In this document: positions 62,158-64,000 of the stretch, piece by piece
Layout: the number at the start of each line of letters is the position of its first letter
Position numbering within the stretch: position 1 is the stretch's first letter
Source of the DNA: Camelus ferus
Lineage: Eukaryota
Length of the DNA: 64,000 nt
Reading direction: 5' to 3'
NCBI RefSeq assembly: GCF_009834535.1
Contig: NC_045697.1
Location: 98,272,001 to 98,336,000 of the forward strand
Made by a program: the position numbers and the translations under genes
The notes under the pieces: model-generated
What the model saw: only the letters and a program-made list of their open reading frames with translations
Told to the model about the DNA's origin: nothing
Databases searched by the model: none

Positions 62158-64000
62158 CGGGTTTTACAGATACATTCTCAGTGGTTTGCAAATTTTCTTG
62201 AAAATTTTTAATTTGTGGTTTTCACATTGATAACTCATTGATATAATTTAAATATTGAGCTAGATGACCATCTTATAGTTCTTTAGCCAGAAATGCTGTG
62301 TGATTTTGTTGACTATGTTTAAATCTATATGTACAGAGTAACTGATGCCAAAAACCATTACTTCAGTTGTCATGACATAATGAGAAAAGTACAAAAACGG
62401 GAGGTGGACAATGCATAAGTGATGTGCTCGGAGAAAATAAAGAACAAATGACATCATGGCATGCGAGACTGTTAGAAAAAGTAGATAAAGTAGTCTGCAA
62501 CATCTTTAGACAAGACTTCACCTTTGGCCAATCTCTTGAAAATGTACACTTTCAGGCAATGACAAAGAGGTATCTGGAACAGTTTCTTTGTTGCTTTCAG
62601 TGTTTGGAATCTAGGTAGTCAGAAAAGCCACACATTTAGAGCAGCACCAGCTTCTAATTTATGCATTGCATTAACAAATATGTATGTTAGTATTTCAAAA
62701 ACAGGGGGAAAAAAACAGAAGCCGTAAGAAAGAAAGAAAAGAAAAATTAGGCATATACACATTACTGTGTCTAGCAAAAGCTAGTTTCCTCTGTAGCTTA
62801 ATAAAATCCCATGGTTGTTCTTAATAAAAAAAAAAAAAAGGACTCACTGGAACTGTCAACCATAGGTAAAAAGAAAAAAAAAAAGTCAATTTTAAAGTCA
62901 CTTCAGAACTGGCTGAGAAATTTGATGAACTTCCATTTTGCTGTCCAAGAAGGATGGCATTGTGTTGTTACTGAGTTCTTGCCTGATTCCAAAGCATTTT
63001 CCTCTCCATGGTAAACAGAAGTGGTAGAGGCATCAATGCCAAGAATTTTATCACTCTGACCAAGATAGCTTGTGGAATCAAACTAACCACATCAATGTGC
63101 TTGGATTACTAAACAATTATATAACAATGGCCAGTGACAGAGTTTCCCAAAGTACAAAGCATAGTGGCTCAAATTTTTTAAATCTAGAAAAAGAAGGGCT
63201 TCCTTTTATTTCCTCTCTTTGGAGAAAGCTATTCTCTGAAAGCTCTACAGCCTCCTGGAGCAATTTTAGTGGTTTTGAACATTCTGCTCTTTAAAGCCCC
63301 TAAAAATGAAAAATGCCATTCTATGAAGAACTAAGCTTCAAAATGAACATGAAATGGTAGATTTTTTTTTCCATCTAAGGTCATCTACTTAATGAGCCCC
63401 CACCTAAGTTCAAAATCCCCTCAAGCCAATCAAACTTTTCTTTCTATTTGAGTTACATCTCCATCTTTTTCTTGGGTAAATGTTAGTGAGTTGTGCCCTG
63501 CCACCTGCTTTGCTGGTCCACAGCCTGCTCCCGGCTGGCTATCTCCACCTCATCCTTCCTCAGCCCATCCTTCATTCCTCTGCCAGGTTAGAAAACTACC
63601 CAAAGCCACTGAGAAGCTGTAAACACTCAGCCTTCATGAAAATTTCATATGAGGAAAAGATGTTAGCCAGCACAACCACTACTGAATTCCTGGTGGAGTT
63701 GAGCTCCTAGCTGAGAGTTTTCATTCCTGAGGTCCCAGAATACACAAGAAGAATCTATTTATAACTGTAGCAGCTCTTTTTAAAATTTCATTTCCTTTAT
63801 TCCTCTTACTTTCTAGATGTTTCATGCCAAAACTGGCTTAACGCCTCTCCTTCTCTCTTCCTCATCTACACTTTCCTACCTAACCACTCCCAGAGATCCC
63901 AAAGCCTCATTTGGTTTCCGCCTGCTCCTCCCACCCTGTCCTCTTTTCTTCCCGACTGGACCAATCTGAGCCCTGGTCAGTGCAAATCCGCCATTTTGGA

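Noticed and set aside
1..64000. CRISPR array, operon or other prokaryotic-type system
   Set aside because: There are no regularly spaced direct repeats and no gene-dense coding sequence; the DNA is clearly mammalian and repeat-rich.

Overview
Mammalian non-coding, gene-desert-like DNA, most likely from a camelid (alpaca, llama or camel). The host call rests on four tRNA-Ala(AGC)-derived SINEs of the camelid vic-1 type and several artiodactyl-type L1 3' ends. I found no credible protein-coding exon or intact RNA gene; the listed ORFs are chance ORFs or transposon remnants. Much of the window is interspersed repeats: Tigger1, L1 of several ages, L2, L3/CR1, MIR, MLT1/ERVL/ERV1 solo LTRs, and the hAT elements MER5/MER20/MER58/MER97/MER102. 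Family names come from my recall of consensus sequences, not from a database search, and most boundaries are approximate. The most notable signal is a heavily decayed, apparently near full-length piggyBac-like transposase fossil at about 2.0-4.4 kb, with colinear DDD-core motifs and a C-terminal Cys-rich array. It is split by an L1MC, which itself carries a twin-primed 5'-inverted young L1. Other signals are an orphan CpG-retaining promoter-like region (ETS, CCAAT, splice donor) at about 6.3-7.4 kb, an unassigned TA-flanked insertion with partial inverted ends, a short candidate L1 3' transduction, and a few repeat-free enhancer-like blocks. I cannot support a novel functional biological system from sequence alone.
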